DNA of 64,000 nt from Omnitrophica bacterium RIFCSPHIGHO2_02_FULL_51_18 (GTDB lineage: Bacteria; Omnitrophota; Gorgyraeia; 2-02-FULL-51-18), in NCBI GenBank assembly GCA_001804125.1, contig MHFI01000036.1:23123-87122 (forward strand), given 5' to 3'. Positions 55,581-64,000 of the stretch are shown one piece after another. The notes below the pieces were generated by a model. The model saw only the letters and a list, made by a program, of their open reading frames with translations, did no database searches and was not told the origin of the DNA. Within the stretch, counting starts at the first letter, position 1; each line of letters opens with the position of its first letter. The position numbers were made by a program, and so were the translations under genes.

Positions 55581-56535
55581 GCTGAACGTCACCCGCGAGT
55601 ATTTTTTCCTGGAGCCCCGAATCTGTCCGGATCCACAACGCGCCTTCCTTGTCGATTCCGACCGCAGTCCCATGGATTTTCCGGCCCAGCACGGTCGCGG
55701 TCACCCGCTTCCCGGAAGTGGACGAGAACTCCTCCCATTTTTTAGCCAGCGCCTCAAACTCCCCTTTTTTTAACTGGAGGTAGTCCGATTCAAATGTCTC
55801 AAGAAGCGTTTGACTGATTTCGATGCGCGACTGCCAGGTCCCCGTGATTTCCTTGAGAGAGGTGGCACCTTTCACGAGTTCCCCGGGGTCCGCGTTGACA
55901 TTGATTCCGATGCCGACGACGATAAAATTGACCCTGTCCGGCTCAGAACTCATTTCTGTCAAAATACCACAAAGTTTTTTTTCATGGAACAAAACATCGT
56001 TCGGCCATTTGATATGAAAACGGCGTCCTGTCAATAACCGCAGCGTCTTTACCACCGACACCGCTGCCATCAATGTCACTTTGGACACTCCTGCGGGTGA
56101 CAAATCAGGTCTTAAGAGGACGGAGAACAGTATATTTTTGTACTTCGGAGAGACCCAGGCACGGCCGAGGCGTCCCCGCCCTTGGGTTTGATGCTCGGCA
56201 AATACGCACACGCCCTCTTTCAAGCCTTCTTCCCCGAGGTGAAAAACCGCATCATTGGTGGACCGGGTTTCTTCATAAGAAATAATCTGCCTTCCGATGA
56301 ATTTGGTTTTGATCCCTGCGGACAACTCGTCCGGAAGCATGCGGTCGGGAATGCCCAGAAGCCGGTACCCCAGATGCGGCCCGGCGCCGATTTCATAACC
56401 CAGGTTTTTCAAAACCTGGATTTCTTTCCAGACGGCGGAACGCGAGACTTTAAGTTTTTTTGAAATTTCCTCCCCCGAGACAAACTGGCCTTTTTGATCC
56501 CTCAAAGATTTCAAGACGGCGCTGTCTTTGGCCAT
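55570..56535 (-). CDS. birA: Biotin-protein ligase / repressor BirA.
   Basis: N-terminal HTH, GRGRLGRAW. Confidence 0.8.
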   Translation of the reverse strand: MAKDSAVLKSLRDQKGQFVSGEEISKKLKVSRSAVWKEIQVLKNLGYEIGAGPHLGYRLLGIPDRMLPDELSAGIKTKFIGRQIISYEETRSTNDAVFHLGEEGLKEGVCVFAEHQTQGRGRLGRAWVSPKYKNILFSVLLRPDLSPAGVSKVTLMAAVSVVKTLRLLTGRRFHIKWPNDVLFHEKKLCGILTEMSSEPDRVNFIVVGIGINVNADPGELVKGATSLKEITGTWQSRIEISQTLLETFESDYLQLKKGEFEALAKKWEEFSSTSGKRVTATVLGRKIHGTAVGIDKEGALWIRTDSGLQEKILAGDVQHEK

Positions 56536-56536
56536 T

Positions 56537-58543
56537 TTATGCCGCCTTTGCGTGTTTGGGGATTTTCACGCTTTTTTCTTTTTCCAGCTTCTTTTGCAGG
56601 GTCTTGATCTGGTCGCGTAAAAAGATCGCCCGTTCAAATTGGAGGCTCCGTGCGGCCTCTTCCATCTCGGCCTCGAGATCGCTTAAGACCTGCATCACGT
56701 CTTCTACCCCCTCCCGGAGGCCCGCCGTCTCCTTTACAATTTCTCTGGCTTTTTTAACGGCCTCGATCCCCTCCCTTACTTCTTTCTGGATGCTCGTGGG
56801 CGTGATATGATTTTTTTTGTTGTACTCAGTCTGGATCTTACGGCGCCGCTTGGTTTCCTGAAGGGTGTTTCTCATAGATTCCGTCACCGTGTCGGCGTAT
56901 AGGATGACCTGGCCGTTTACGTGTCTGGCGGCCCGGCCCGCAACTTGGATCAGGGAAGTCTGGCTTCTTAAAAAACCCTCCTTGTCAGCGTCAAGAACGA
57001 CCACCAAAGAAACCTCCGGCAGATCGATGCCTTCCCTGAGAAGGTTGATTCCCACCAGGCAGTCAAATTTTCGGAGCCGTAGGTCCCTCAAAATCTCCAC
57101 ACGTTGGATCGCGTCAATCTCCGAATGAAGGTATTGGACGCGGATGCCCGTTCTTTTCAGATAATCCGCGAGCTCTTCGGACATGCGCTTCGTGAGCGTG
57201 GTGACGATCACGCGTTCTTTGTCCTTCGCGCGTTTTTTCACTTCTTCCACGAGGTCATCGATTTGTCCCTTCGTCGGGCGGACCTCGATCGGCGGGTCTA
57301 AAAGACCCGTCGGGCGTATGATCTGTTCTACGACTTGGGACGATTTTTTGGCTTCGTACACGGCAGGCGTGGCCGACACGAAAACCACTTGTTTGGCAAA
57401 CGCCTCAAATTCTTCGAAACGCAGAGGCCGGTTATCCAGCGCCGACGGAAGCCTGAAGCCGTATTCGACGAGCGTCTCCTTGCGGGCGCGGTCGCCGAAA
57501 TACATGCCGCGGATCTGCGGGACCGTGATGTGCGATTCGTCGATCACGGTCAGGAAATCCTCCGGGAAATAATCCATGAGGCAGTAAGGGCGCGACCCAG
57601 GCTCGCGCCCCGTGAGGGTGCGGGAATAATTCTCAATGCCCGAACAAAATCCAAGCTCGCGCATCATTTCCATGTCATAGCGCGTTCTTTGCTCCAGACG
57701 CTGGGCCTCCAGAAGCTTATTTTGTGAGTGAAGCTCTTTTAAACGCTCCTCAAGCTCTTTTTCAATGCCAGGCAAAGCGCGCGTAAGCCTTGTTTCGGTG
57801 GTTACAAAGTGTTTGGCCGGATAAATGGCGCTGGATTCAAGCGTGTGAAGCGTTTTTCCGGTCAGTGGATCCATGCGCGAAAGCCTTTTGATTTCATCCC
57901 ACTCGTATTCAATGCGGATCGCGGTCTCTTCATAGGCCAGAAAGACCTCCACCACGTCTCCGCGGACCCTGAACGTGCCGCGCTTGAAATCAATGTCATT
58001 TCTCTGGTATTGGATATCCACAAGCTTTCTTAAGAGCTCCTCGCGCGGAAATGCCTGCCCGGACCTCACAAACACCAAAAACTCCGAATATTCGGCCGGC
58101 GAACCCAGGCCGTAAATAGCCGATACGGAGGCGACGACGAGGCAGTCCCGCCGTGAGAGAAGCGAGCTCGTCGCGCGAAGCCTCAGGCGGTCGATGTCCT
58201 CATTGATGGAGGAATCTTTTTCGATATAGGTGTCGGTGACCGGGAGGTAAGCCTCGGGCTGATAATAATCGTAGTAGCTCACGAAGTATTCCACCGCATT
58301 TTCCGGGAAGATGTCTTTGAATTCGCTGTACAGCTGAGCGGCAAGCGTCTTGTTGTGGGACATCACGAGTGTCGGACGGTTTAAGCGGGCAATCACGTGC
58401 GCCATTGTGAAAGTTTTTCCGCTGCCGGTGACGCCCAAAAGCGTCTGATAGCGCTCGCCGGCGGCGAGGGCTTTCGTGAGCTTTTCAATAGCCTGAGGCT
58501 GGTCCCCTTTTGGGGTCATTTTTGAGCGGATTTTAAAATTCAT
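56537..58543 (-). CDS. uvrB: Excinuclease ABC subunit B.
   Basis: [12 protein letters not shown], helicase motifs, C-terminal UVR domain. Confidence 0.9.
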   Translation of the reverse strand: MNFKIRSKMTPKGDQPQAIEKLTKALAAGERYQTLLGVTGSGKTFTMAHVIARLNRPTLVMSHNKTLAAQLYSEFKDIFPENAVEYFVSYYDYYQPEAYLPVTDTYIEKDSSINEDIDRLRLRATSSLLSRRDCLVVASVSAIYGLGSPAEYSEFLVFVRSGQAFPREELLRKLVDIQYQRNDIDFKRGTFRVRGDVVEVFLAYEETAIRIEYEWDEIKRLSRMDPLTGKTLHTLESSAIYPAKHFVTTETRLTRALPGIEKELEERLKELHSQNKLLEAQRLEQRTRYDMEMMRELGFCSGIENYSRTLTGREPGSRPYCLMDYFPEDFLTVIDESHITVPQIRGMYFGDRARKETLVEYGFRLPSALDNRPLRFEEFEAFAKQVVFVSATPAVYEAKKSSQVVEQIIRPTGLLDPPIEVRPTKGQIDDLVEEVKKRAKDKERVIVTTLTKRMSEELADYLKRTGIRVQYLHSEIDAIQRVEILRDLRLRKFDCLVGINLLREGIDLPEVSLVVVLDADKEGFLRSQTSLIQVAGRAARHVNGQVILYADTVTESMRNTLQETKRRRKIQTEYNKKNHITPTSIQKEVREGIEAVKKAREIVKETAGLREGVEDVMQVLSDLEAEMEEAARSLQFERAIFLRDQIKTLQKKLEKEKSVKIPKHAKAA

Positions 58544-58548
58544 AAGTT

Positions 58549-58632
58549 TTTCTAGCGTTTAGCGTAGAGCGTATAAGAAAATCAAAGTACTTCTTATCTC
58601 TGTCTCTACGCTCCACGCTAAACGCTCTACGC
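58549..58632. promoter_or_regulatory. Array of inverted heptad repeats (AGCGTnn x3 ... nnACGCT x4) around an AT-rich core, upstream of uvrB.
   Basis: tagcgtttagcgtagagcgta ... ctacgctccacgctaaacgctctacgct. Confidence 0.5.
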
Positions 58633-58637
58633 TATCT

Positions 58638-59489
58638 TTACCCTACGATATCCAGCGAAATGTCAATCGAAAGCGCGTGGTGCGTCAGCGCACCCACGGA
58701 GATTCTTTCAACGCCGGTCTCGGCGTAGTCGAGCACATTGTCAATCGTGATGCCGCCTGAGGCCTCGAAAAGAACCTTGCTTTGCGCTCTTTTTCTTAAA
58801 TTCACCGCTTCGCGCACCATTTCGACCTTCATATTGTCCAGCAGGATGTAATCAACGGGTGCTTTCAGGGCTCCTTTGAGTTCCATGAGGTTTTTTACTT
58901 CAACGCCGATGATTGTGCGCTTTAAAACAGAACTCTTAAGCCTCGAAACCGCCGAGGCGATCGGTTCCTTGCGAAGAATCCTTAAGTGATTGTCTTTGAT
59001 GAGCGCCTGGTCGTATAGTCCCATCCGGTGGTTCATGCCGCCGCCGGTGGCGACCGCATACTTTTCAAATAGTCTCAGGCCCGGCGTGGTTTTGCGCGTG
59101 TCGAGGATATTGGCTTGCGTATTTTTCACCTTTTCCACAAATTCACGCGTGCGTGTGGCGACTCCCGAAAGATGCGCCAGGAAATTGAGCGCCGTGCGCT
59201 CGGCAATGAGGAGCGCCGCGGCCGAGCCCTCGAGGTAGGCCACTTCCCGGTTTTTTTCGATTCTTTCCCCGTCCCTCGCCACCGGAAGGAAACGCAGGTT
59301 TTCATCGGTAAGACGGAACACGCGTTCGGCGATCTGAATGCCGCACAAAACGCCGGACTGTTTGAATTCGATATCGGCCTTGACCGAGAGGTTCTTCGGA
59401 ATGATCGAGGAGGTGGTGATGTCTCTCGATCCCACGTCCTCCTTCAACGCGAGTTTTACGAGTGGGTCAATCTGGCTTGTTTGAAGCAT
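58638..59489 (-). CDS. nadC: Nicotinate-nucleotide pyrophosphorylase.
   Basis: 283 aa QPRTase pattern. Confidence 0.85.
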   Translation of the reverse strand: MLQTSQIDPLVKLALKEDVGSRDITTSSIIPKNLSVKADIEFKQSGVLCGIQIAERVFRLTDENLRFLPVARDGERIEKNREVAYLEGSAAALLIAERTALNFLAHLSGVATRTREFVEKVKNTQANILDTRKTTPGLRLFEKYAVATGGGMNHRMGLYDQALIKDNHLRILRKEPIASAVSRLKSSVLKRTIIGVEVKNLMELKGALKAPVDYILLDNMKVEMVREAVNLRKRAQSKVLFEASGGITIDNVLDYAETGVERISVGALTHHALSIDISLDIVG

Positions 59490-59503
59490 TATTTAATGAA
59501 ACC

Positions 59504-62227
59504 TCAGTAGGTGAGAACTTTCAGGTTTTCCAAGAGGCGTTTCTTGCGGTTCTCGAGTTCTTCCGCTTTCCTCTGCTCCCGCTCCACGATTTCCTTCGGT
59601 GCCTTCTTCACGAAATCCTCGTTCCGGAGGCGCCCCTGAAGCCCGCGGATCATTTTCTCCACATCCAGAAGCGCGCACTCGATACGCTGGCGCTCCATTT
59701 GCGTGTCGATGAGGCCCGAAAGCACCACGTAGGTTTCCACGCGGCCGATATTCGCAACCGCCGATTCTTTCGGGCGCTTGACGTTTTTGCCGATCTGAAG
59801 TGAGGACACTTTGGCCATCTGCACGATGTAAGTGGAATAGTTTTTCAAAATTTTCATTTCACGGTCACGCGCAGTTTTGACGGCCACGGTCACCCGTTCC
59901 TTGGGATTGATCTGCCAGGCGGAGCGCACGTTCCGAATGGCTTGGATTTCACTGATGACGAGCTCCGCTTCGGCCTCGATTTTCGTGTCAATGCGTTTCT
60001 TGTCCAGCTTCGGCCACGCGCTTGTCATGATCGATTCGCCCCTATGGGGGATCTTCTGCCAGACTTCTTCGGTGATGAACGGCATGAAAGGATGCAGGAG
60101 CTTGAGCGTTTTATCGAGCACCTCGCAGAGCGTCCACTGCGTTCCCTCGGATCGGATGCCGGGCTTGGCCAGTTCCACGTACCAGTCGCAAAAATGGTGC
60201 CAGAAAAAATCGTACAGCGTGGAAATCGCTTCATTAAACCTCAGTTTTTCCAGGCTGTCGGTCACGTTGAAGATGGTTTGATTCAGGCGGCTTAAGATCC
60301 AGCGGTCAAATGGGCCGAGCAGCGTGATTTTTGGCGCTTGATTGCTTTTAAGGCAGGAGTGAATTATTTTTTTATCCAGGTTCATGATCACAAACCGCGA
60401 CGCGTTCCATACCTTGTTCGCAAAATTCCGGCCCACCTCAAATTTTTCCTTGGAGGCGTACACGTCCTGCCCCTCCGCCGTGATTGAAATGATTCCGTAG
60501 CGGAGCGCGTCGGCGCCGTATTCGTCGATGATGTGAATGGGGTCGACGGCGTTCCCGAGTGACTTTGACATCTTCGCACCCGTCTGGTCCCTCACGATGC
60601 CGTGGATGTAGACTTCCTTAAAAGGCTCTTTACCCATAAATTCGTGTCCGGCTATCATCATGCGGGCGACCCAAAAGAATATAATTTCATAACCGGTGAC
60701 AAGGCACGAGGTTGGGTAAAAAAACTTAAGCTCCTCACTTTTCTCGGGCCATCCCAGGGTCGAGAACGGCCAAAGCCAGGAAGAAAACCAGGTATCGAGC
60801 ACATCCGGGTCCTGCACAAGTTCCGCGTTGCCGCAAACAGGGCATTTTTTAGGCGTCTCGCGGGAGACAACCATGCCGGGTTCGGTATAAATTTTTGAAT
60901 CCTTGGGGGTCTTAGGCGGAGTCCCTTTTGAGCGGCAAGACTCACAGGTCCAGACCGGAATGCGGTGACCCCACCAGATTTGACGGGAAATGCACCAATC
61001 CTTGATATGGTTCATCCAGTCGAGATACACCTTGGTCCAGCGCTTCGGCGTAAACGTGGTTTTTCCTTCCTTGACAGCCGCAATCGCGGGCTTTGCCAAA
61101 GACTTCATACGCACAAACCACTGGGGCGACAAATAAGGTTCGATGACGGTCTGGCAGCGATAACAGTGTCCGACCGCATGCACGTGCTCCTTCATCTCAA
61201 GCAGAATCCGCCTGTCTTCAAGCTCCGAGACAATCTTCTTTCGCGCCTCAAAGCGGTCCAGCCCCTTATAGGGCCCGGCATTTTCATTCAACGTGCCGTC
61301 GGGATTCAGGATATTTACGTATTCAAGTCCGTGCTTCTCGGCGAGATTGAAATCCACGGGATCGTGCGCCGGGGTAATTTTAAGCGCGCCGGTGCCGAAT
61401 TTCGGGTCAATCAGGTCGTCTTGGATAATCGTCAGGCGGCGGTTCAATAAAGGCAGCAAGGCTGTTTTGCCTTCCAAATGCCTGTAACGCTCGTCCCCCG
61501 GATGATAGCCCACCGCCGTGTCGCCGAGCATTGTTTCGGGCCGCGTCGTGGCAATCGTGACATGCTGGTCTGTGCCCTCAATCGCGTACTTCAAATAATA
61601 AAGGTGGCCGGTGATTTCCTTATGCTGCACTTCTTCGTCAGAAAGCGCCGTCTGGCAGCGCGGGCACCAATTGATGATGTATTTACCGCGGTAGATGAGC
61701 CCCTTCTCATAAAGCCGGACAAAAACTTCGCGCACCGCCTTTGAGAGCCCTTCATCCATCGTGAATCTTGTGCGTTCCCAGTCGCAGGAACAGCCGATTC
61801 GGTGGAGCTGGCGGATGATCGTATGGCCGTACTTCTCGCGCCATTTCCAAACGCGCTTTAAAAATTCTTCCCGGCCCAGCGCCTGGCGCGACAATCCTTC
61901 TTCCTTCAAGGATTTCTCAACCACGTTTTGCGTGGCAATCCCGGCGTGGTCCGTGCCCGGGACCCACAGCGTTTCAAAACCCTGCATGCGCTTATGACGG
62001 ACCAGAATATCCTGAAGCGTGTTGTTGAGCGCATGGCCCATATGGAGTATTCCCGTGATATTCGGCGGCGGAATCACGACCGTATAAGGCTTCTTCTTTG
62101 ATTTGAAGGAGGCGGAAAAATAGCGCTTGGAAAGCCACTGCTGGTACCAAGCCTTTTCAACTTGTTTGGGACTGTAGACCTTTGAAAGCGCGTCGGGCGG
62201 GGGGTTCGTGCGGTTCTGGGTATTCAT
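59504..62227 (-). CDS. valS: Valyl-tRNA synthetase.
   Basis: HMGHALN (HIGH) and KMSKS motifs, C-terminal coiled coil. Confidence 0.95.
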   Translation of the reverse strand: MNTQNRTNPPPDALSKVYSPKQVEKAWYQQWLSKRYFSASFKSKKKPYTVVIPPPNITGILHMGHALNNTLQDILVRHKRMQGFETLWVPGTDHAGIATQNVVEKSLKEEGLSRQALGREEFLKRVWKWREKYGHTIIRQLHRIGCSCDWERTRFTMDEGLSKAVREVFVRLYEKGLIYRGKYIINWCPRCQTALSDEEVQHKEITGHLYYLKYAIEGTDQHVTIATTRPETMLGDTAVGYHPGDERYRHLEGKTALLPLLNRRLTIIQDDLIDPKFGTGALKITPAHDPVDFNLAEKHGLEYVNILNPDGTLNENAGPYKGLDRFEARKKIVSELEDRRILLEMKEHVHAVGHCYRCQTVIEPYLSPQWFVRMKSLAKPAIAAVKEGKTTFTPKRWTKVYLDWMNHIKDWCISRQIWWGHRIPVWTCESCRSKGTPPKTPKDSKIYTEPGMVVSRETPKKCPVCGNAELVQDPDVLDTWFSSWLWPFSTLGWPEKSEELKFFYPTSCLVTGYEIIFFWVARMMIAGHEFMGKEPFKEVYIHGIVRDQTGAKMSKSLGNAVDPIHIIDEYGADALRYGIISITAEGQDVYASKEKFEVGRNFANKVWNASRFVIMNLDKKIIHSCLKSNQAPKITLLGPFDRWILSRLNQTIFNVTDSLEKLRFNEAISTLYDFFWHHFCDWYVELAKPGIRSEGTQWTLCEVLDKTLKLLHPFMPFITEEVWQKIPHRGESIMTSAWPKLDKKRIDTKIEAEAELVISEIQAIRNVRSAWQINPKERVTVAVKTARDREMKILKNYSTYIVQMAKVSSLQIGKNVKRPKESAVANIGRVETYVVLSGLIDTQMERQRIECALLDVEKMIRGLQGRLRNEDFVKKAPKEIVEREQRKAEELENRKKRLLENLKVLTY

Positions 62228-62239
62228 GAGTTACTGAGC

Positions 62240-63808
62240 TCAGTAAGGTTTGATAAGTTTGTATTCGATCGCGTCCACAAGCGCTTCCCAGCTGGCGTCA
62301 ATGATGTTGCTGGAAACACCGACGGTGGTCCAGATTTTTTTATCATCCCTGGATTCGATGATCACGCGCACTTTGGCGGCCGTGCCGGCTTCGGAATTCA
62401 CGACACGCACCTTGTAGTCGTCCAGATGAATTTCCTGCACCTGCGGATAAAAAGGCAACAGCGCTTTTTTCAAAGCCGTATCGAGCGCGTTCACGGGGCC
62501 GTCACCCTCGGCTTGAGCATAATTCTCTTCTTTCCCCACGATGAGCCTGACTTTGGCGGTTGCATTTGGGTTTTTATCGGCAATATTTTCGGCAAGAACT
62601 TCAACTTTTTTGAACTCAAAAAATTTTTTTCTTTTTCCGGTCACTTCGCGAATCAAGAGCTCAAAACTGGCCTCGGCGGATTCATACTGGTAACCCTCGT
62701 TCTCTTTTTCCTGGACCCTTTGAAGGATTTTACGGGTTTCCGGGGATTCTTTTTTTAATTCAATGTCGAGTTCCTGCGCCCTCAGCATGATGTTGGTTTT
62801 CCCGCCAAGCTCCGACACGAGAAACCGGCGGCGGTTTCCCACCACCGAAGGCTCAATGTGTTCGTAGGTTTCCGGATTCTTCATCACCGCGTTGATATGC
62901 ACGCCCCCCTTGTGCGCAAAAGCGCTTTGGCCCACATAAGGCTGGTTTTTGGGCAGCAGCATGTTGCCGATTTCGCTCACGAACCTTGCAACTTCCGTAA
63001 ACTCTTTGAGTTTTTGCGGCGCGAGACAGGAAAACCCGAGTTTCAGCTGAAGATTGGCGACGATGGACAGTAAATCCGGATTTCCGCAGCGTTCCCCAAA
63101 ACCGTTGATCGTGCCCTGCACCTGCGTGACGCCGGCCTCCACGGCCGCGACCGCGTTCGCGATGCCAACCCCGCAGTCGTTGTGCGTGTGAATGCCGAGG
63201 GGATGCCCCCAATGCGCGTGCACGTCGGAAACAATCTTTCCGACCTTGGACGGCAGGCTGCCGCCGTTGGTATCACAAAGCACCAAAACCGAAGCGCCGG
63301 CTTCCATCGCGGCCTGAATCGTCTTGAGGGCATAAGACGGGTTATGTGTATAACCGTCAAAAAAGTGCTCGGCGTCATAGACCACTTCTTTGCCTTTGGA
63401 CTTGAGAAACTTAATGGAATCATGGATCATGCGGATATTTTCCTCCAAGTCCGTCTTAAACACTTCCTTCACGTGCATGTCCCAGCTTTTTCCGAAGATC
63501 GTGATGACTCTTGTTTCGGCGGCAATCAGTCCGCGCAGATTATCGTCTTCGGAGGCTTTCGTATGCGGCTTGCGCGTTGAACCAAACGCGACGATCTGGG
63601 AATTTTTTAATTTTATTTTTTTGACCCGGTTAAAAAATTCGATGTCCTTGGGATTGGCGCCCGGCCAGCCGCCTTCAATGAAATGAAAACCAAGCTCATC
63701 AATTCTCTGGGCGACGAGAAGCTTGTCCTGCACGGAAAAGGAGATCCCTTCGCTCTGTGAACCGTCCCGTAACGTCGTGTCATAAACCTGAATTTTTCGC
63801 TGAGTCAT
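62240..63808 (-). CDS. cimA: Citramalate synthase (LeuA-type II, CimA-like).
   Basis: VYDTTLRDGSQSEGISFSV..IEGGWPGANPKD. About 520 aa. Confidence 0.7.
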   Translation of the reverse strand: MTQRKIQVYDTTLRDGSQSEGISFSVQDKLLVAQRIDELGFHFIEGGWPGANPKDIEFFNRVKKIKLKNSQIVAFGSTRKPHTKASEDDNLRGLIAAETRVITIFGKSWDMHVKEVFKTDLEENIRMIHDSIKFLKSKGKEVVYDAEHFFDGYTHNPSYALKTIQAAMEAGASVLVLCDTNGGSLPSKVGKIVSDVHAHWGHPLGIHTHNDCGVGIANAVAAVEAGVTQVQGTINGFGERCGNPDLLSIVANLQLKLGFSCLAPQKLKEFTEVARFVSEIGNMLLPKNQPYVGQSAFAHKGGVHINAVMKNPETYEHIEPSVVGNRRRFLVSELGGKTNIMLRAQELDIELKKESPETRKILQRVQEKENEGYQYESAEASFELLIREVTGKRKKFFEFKKVEVLAENIADKNPNATAKVRLIVGKEENYAQAEGDGPVNALDTALKKALLPFYPQVQEIHLDDYKVRVVNSEAGTAAKVRVIIESRDDKKIWTTVGVSSNIIDASWEALVDAIEYKLIKPY

Positions 63809-63844
63809 TGTGTCACTTTCGCGCAAGCAAGAACCAAATGACAA

Positions 63845-64000
63845 TTATTTTCCAAGTTTAAACTTGTCGTGCAAGAGCCTGACGGCCTTCTCCGCATCGG
63901 CTTGCTTGACGACGCAGGAAATCTTGATTTCGCTCGTGGAGATCATCTCGATATTGACCTTGTTTTTACCGAGTGTTTCAAACATCGCCGCGGCCACGCC
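63845..64000 (-). CDS. lysC: Aspartokinase, C-terminal ACT region only (partial at window edge).
   Basis: Own translation ...[38 protein letters not shown]-stop. Confidence 0.55.
   Translation of the reverse strand, partial: GVAAAMFETLGKNKVNIEMISTSEIKISCVVKQADAEKAVRLLHDKFKLGK

Noticed and set aside
1-64000. CRISPR arrays, rRNA genes or integrase genes.
   Set aside because: No regularly spaced short direct repeats, no rRNA-like conserved stretches and no tyrosine/serine recombinase ORF were found. The only recombinase-like gene is the Y1 RAYT transposase.

Overview
The window is a gene-dense bacterial chromosomal segment of about 55% GC, probably from an uncultivated diderm lineage. Every gene I could identify (about 75) lies on the minus strand, with many 1-10 bp overlaps between neighbours. 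Reading in the transcription direction (high to low coordinates), the content is: aspartokinase (partial), citramalate synthase, valS, nadC, uvrB, birA, coaX, groES/groEL preceded by a CIRCE operator, an IMPDH-family gene, a C1/folate block (fchA-like, folD, metF, panB), a heme/siroheme block (ccsA-like, hemA, hemC, cobA-hemD, hemB, hemL), apbE, a polyprenyl synthase, tatA, mnmA, a tRNA(CAT), a REC-GGDEF-EAL regulator, a TPR/beta-propeller secreted protein, tilS, rpsU, rmuC, a PC4-like small protein, a ParA ATPase fused to a CBM48 glycogen-binding domain, two nucleases (secreted thermonuclease and BFN), and a complete type IV pilus cluster (fused pilM-pilN, pilO, pilP, pilQ, pilB, pilC, pilA plus four minor pilins) followed by two secreted candidate adhesins. 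Next comes an accessory island of about 4.3 kb (9.3-13.6 kb) with five toxin-antitoxin modules and a REP-associated tyrosine transposase (RAYT). The remainder is a UvrD/Rep helicase, an MFS transporter, a HEAT-repeat protein and a Rieske / split cytochrome b (bc or b6f-type) operon. The noncoding structure is richer than usual. There is a five-copy family of GTCATYCTGAG...CTCAGRATGAC double-hairpin repeats. There is a second family of perfect 36-52 bp GGGGACACCC palindromes that share their core with the RAYT terminal inverted repeats. The island also carries a 91-bp tandem duplication, TA operator palindromes and a recurring ATAT..GGACTGRCCCC motif. No rRNA or CRISPR array is present.
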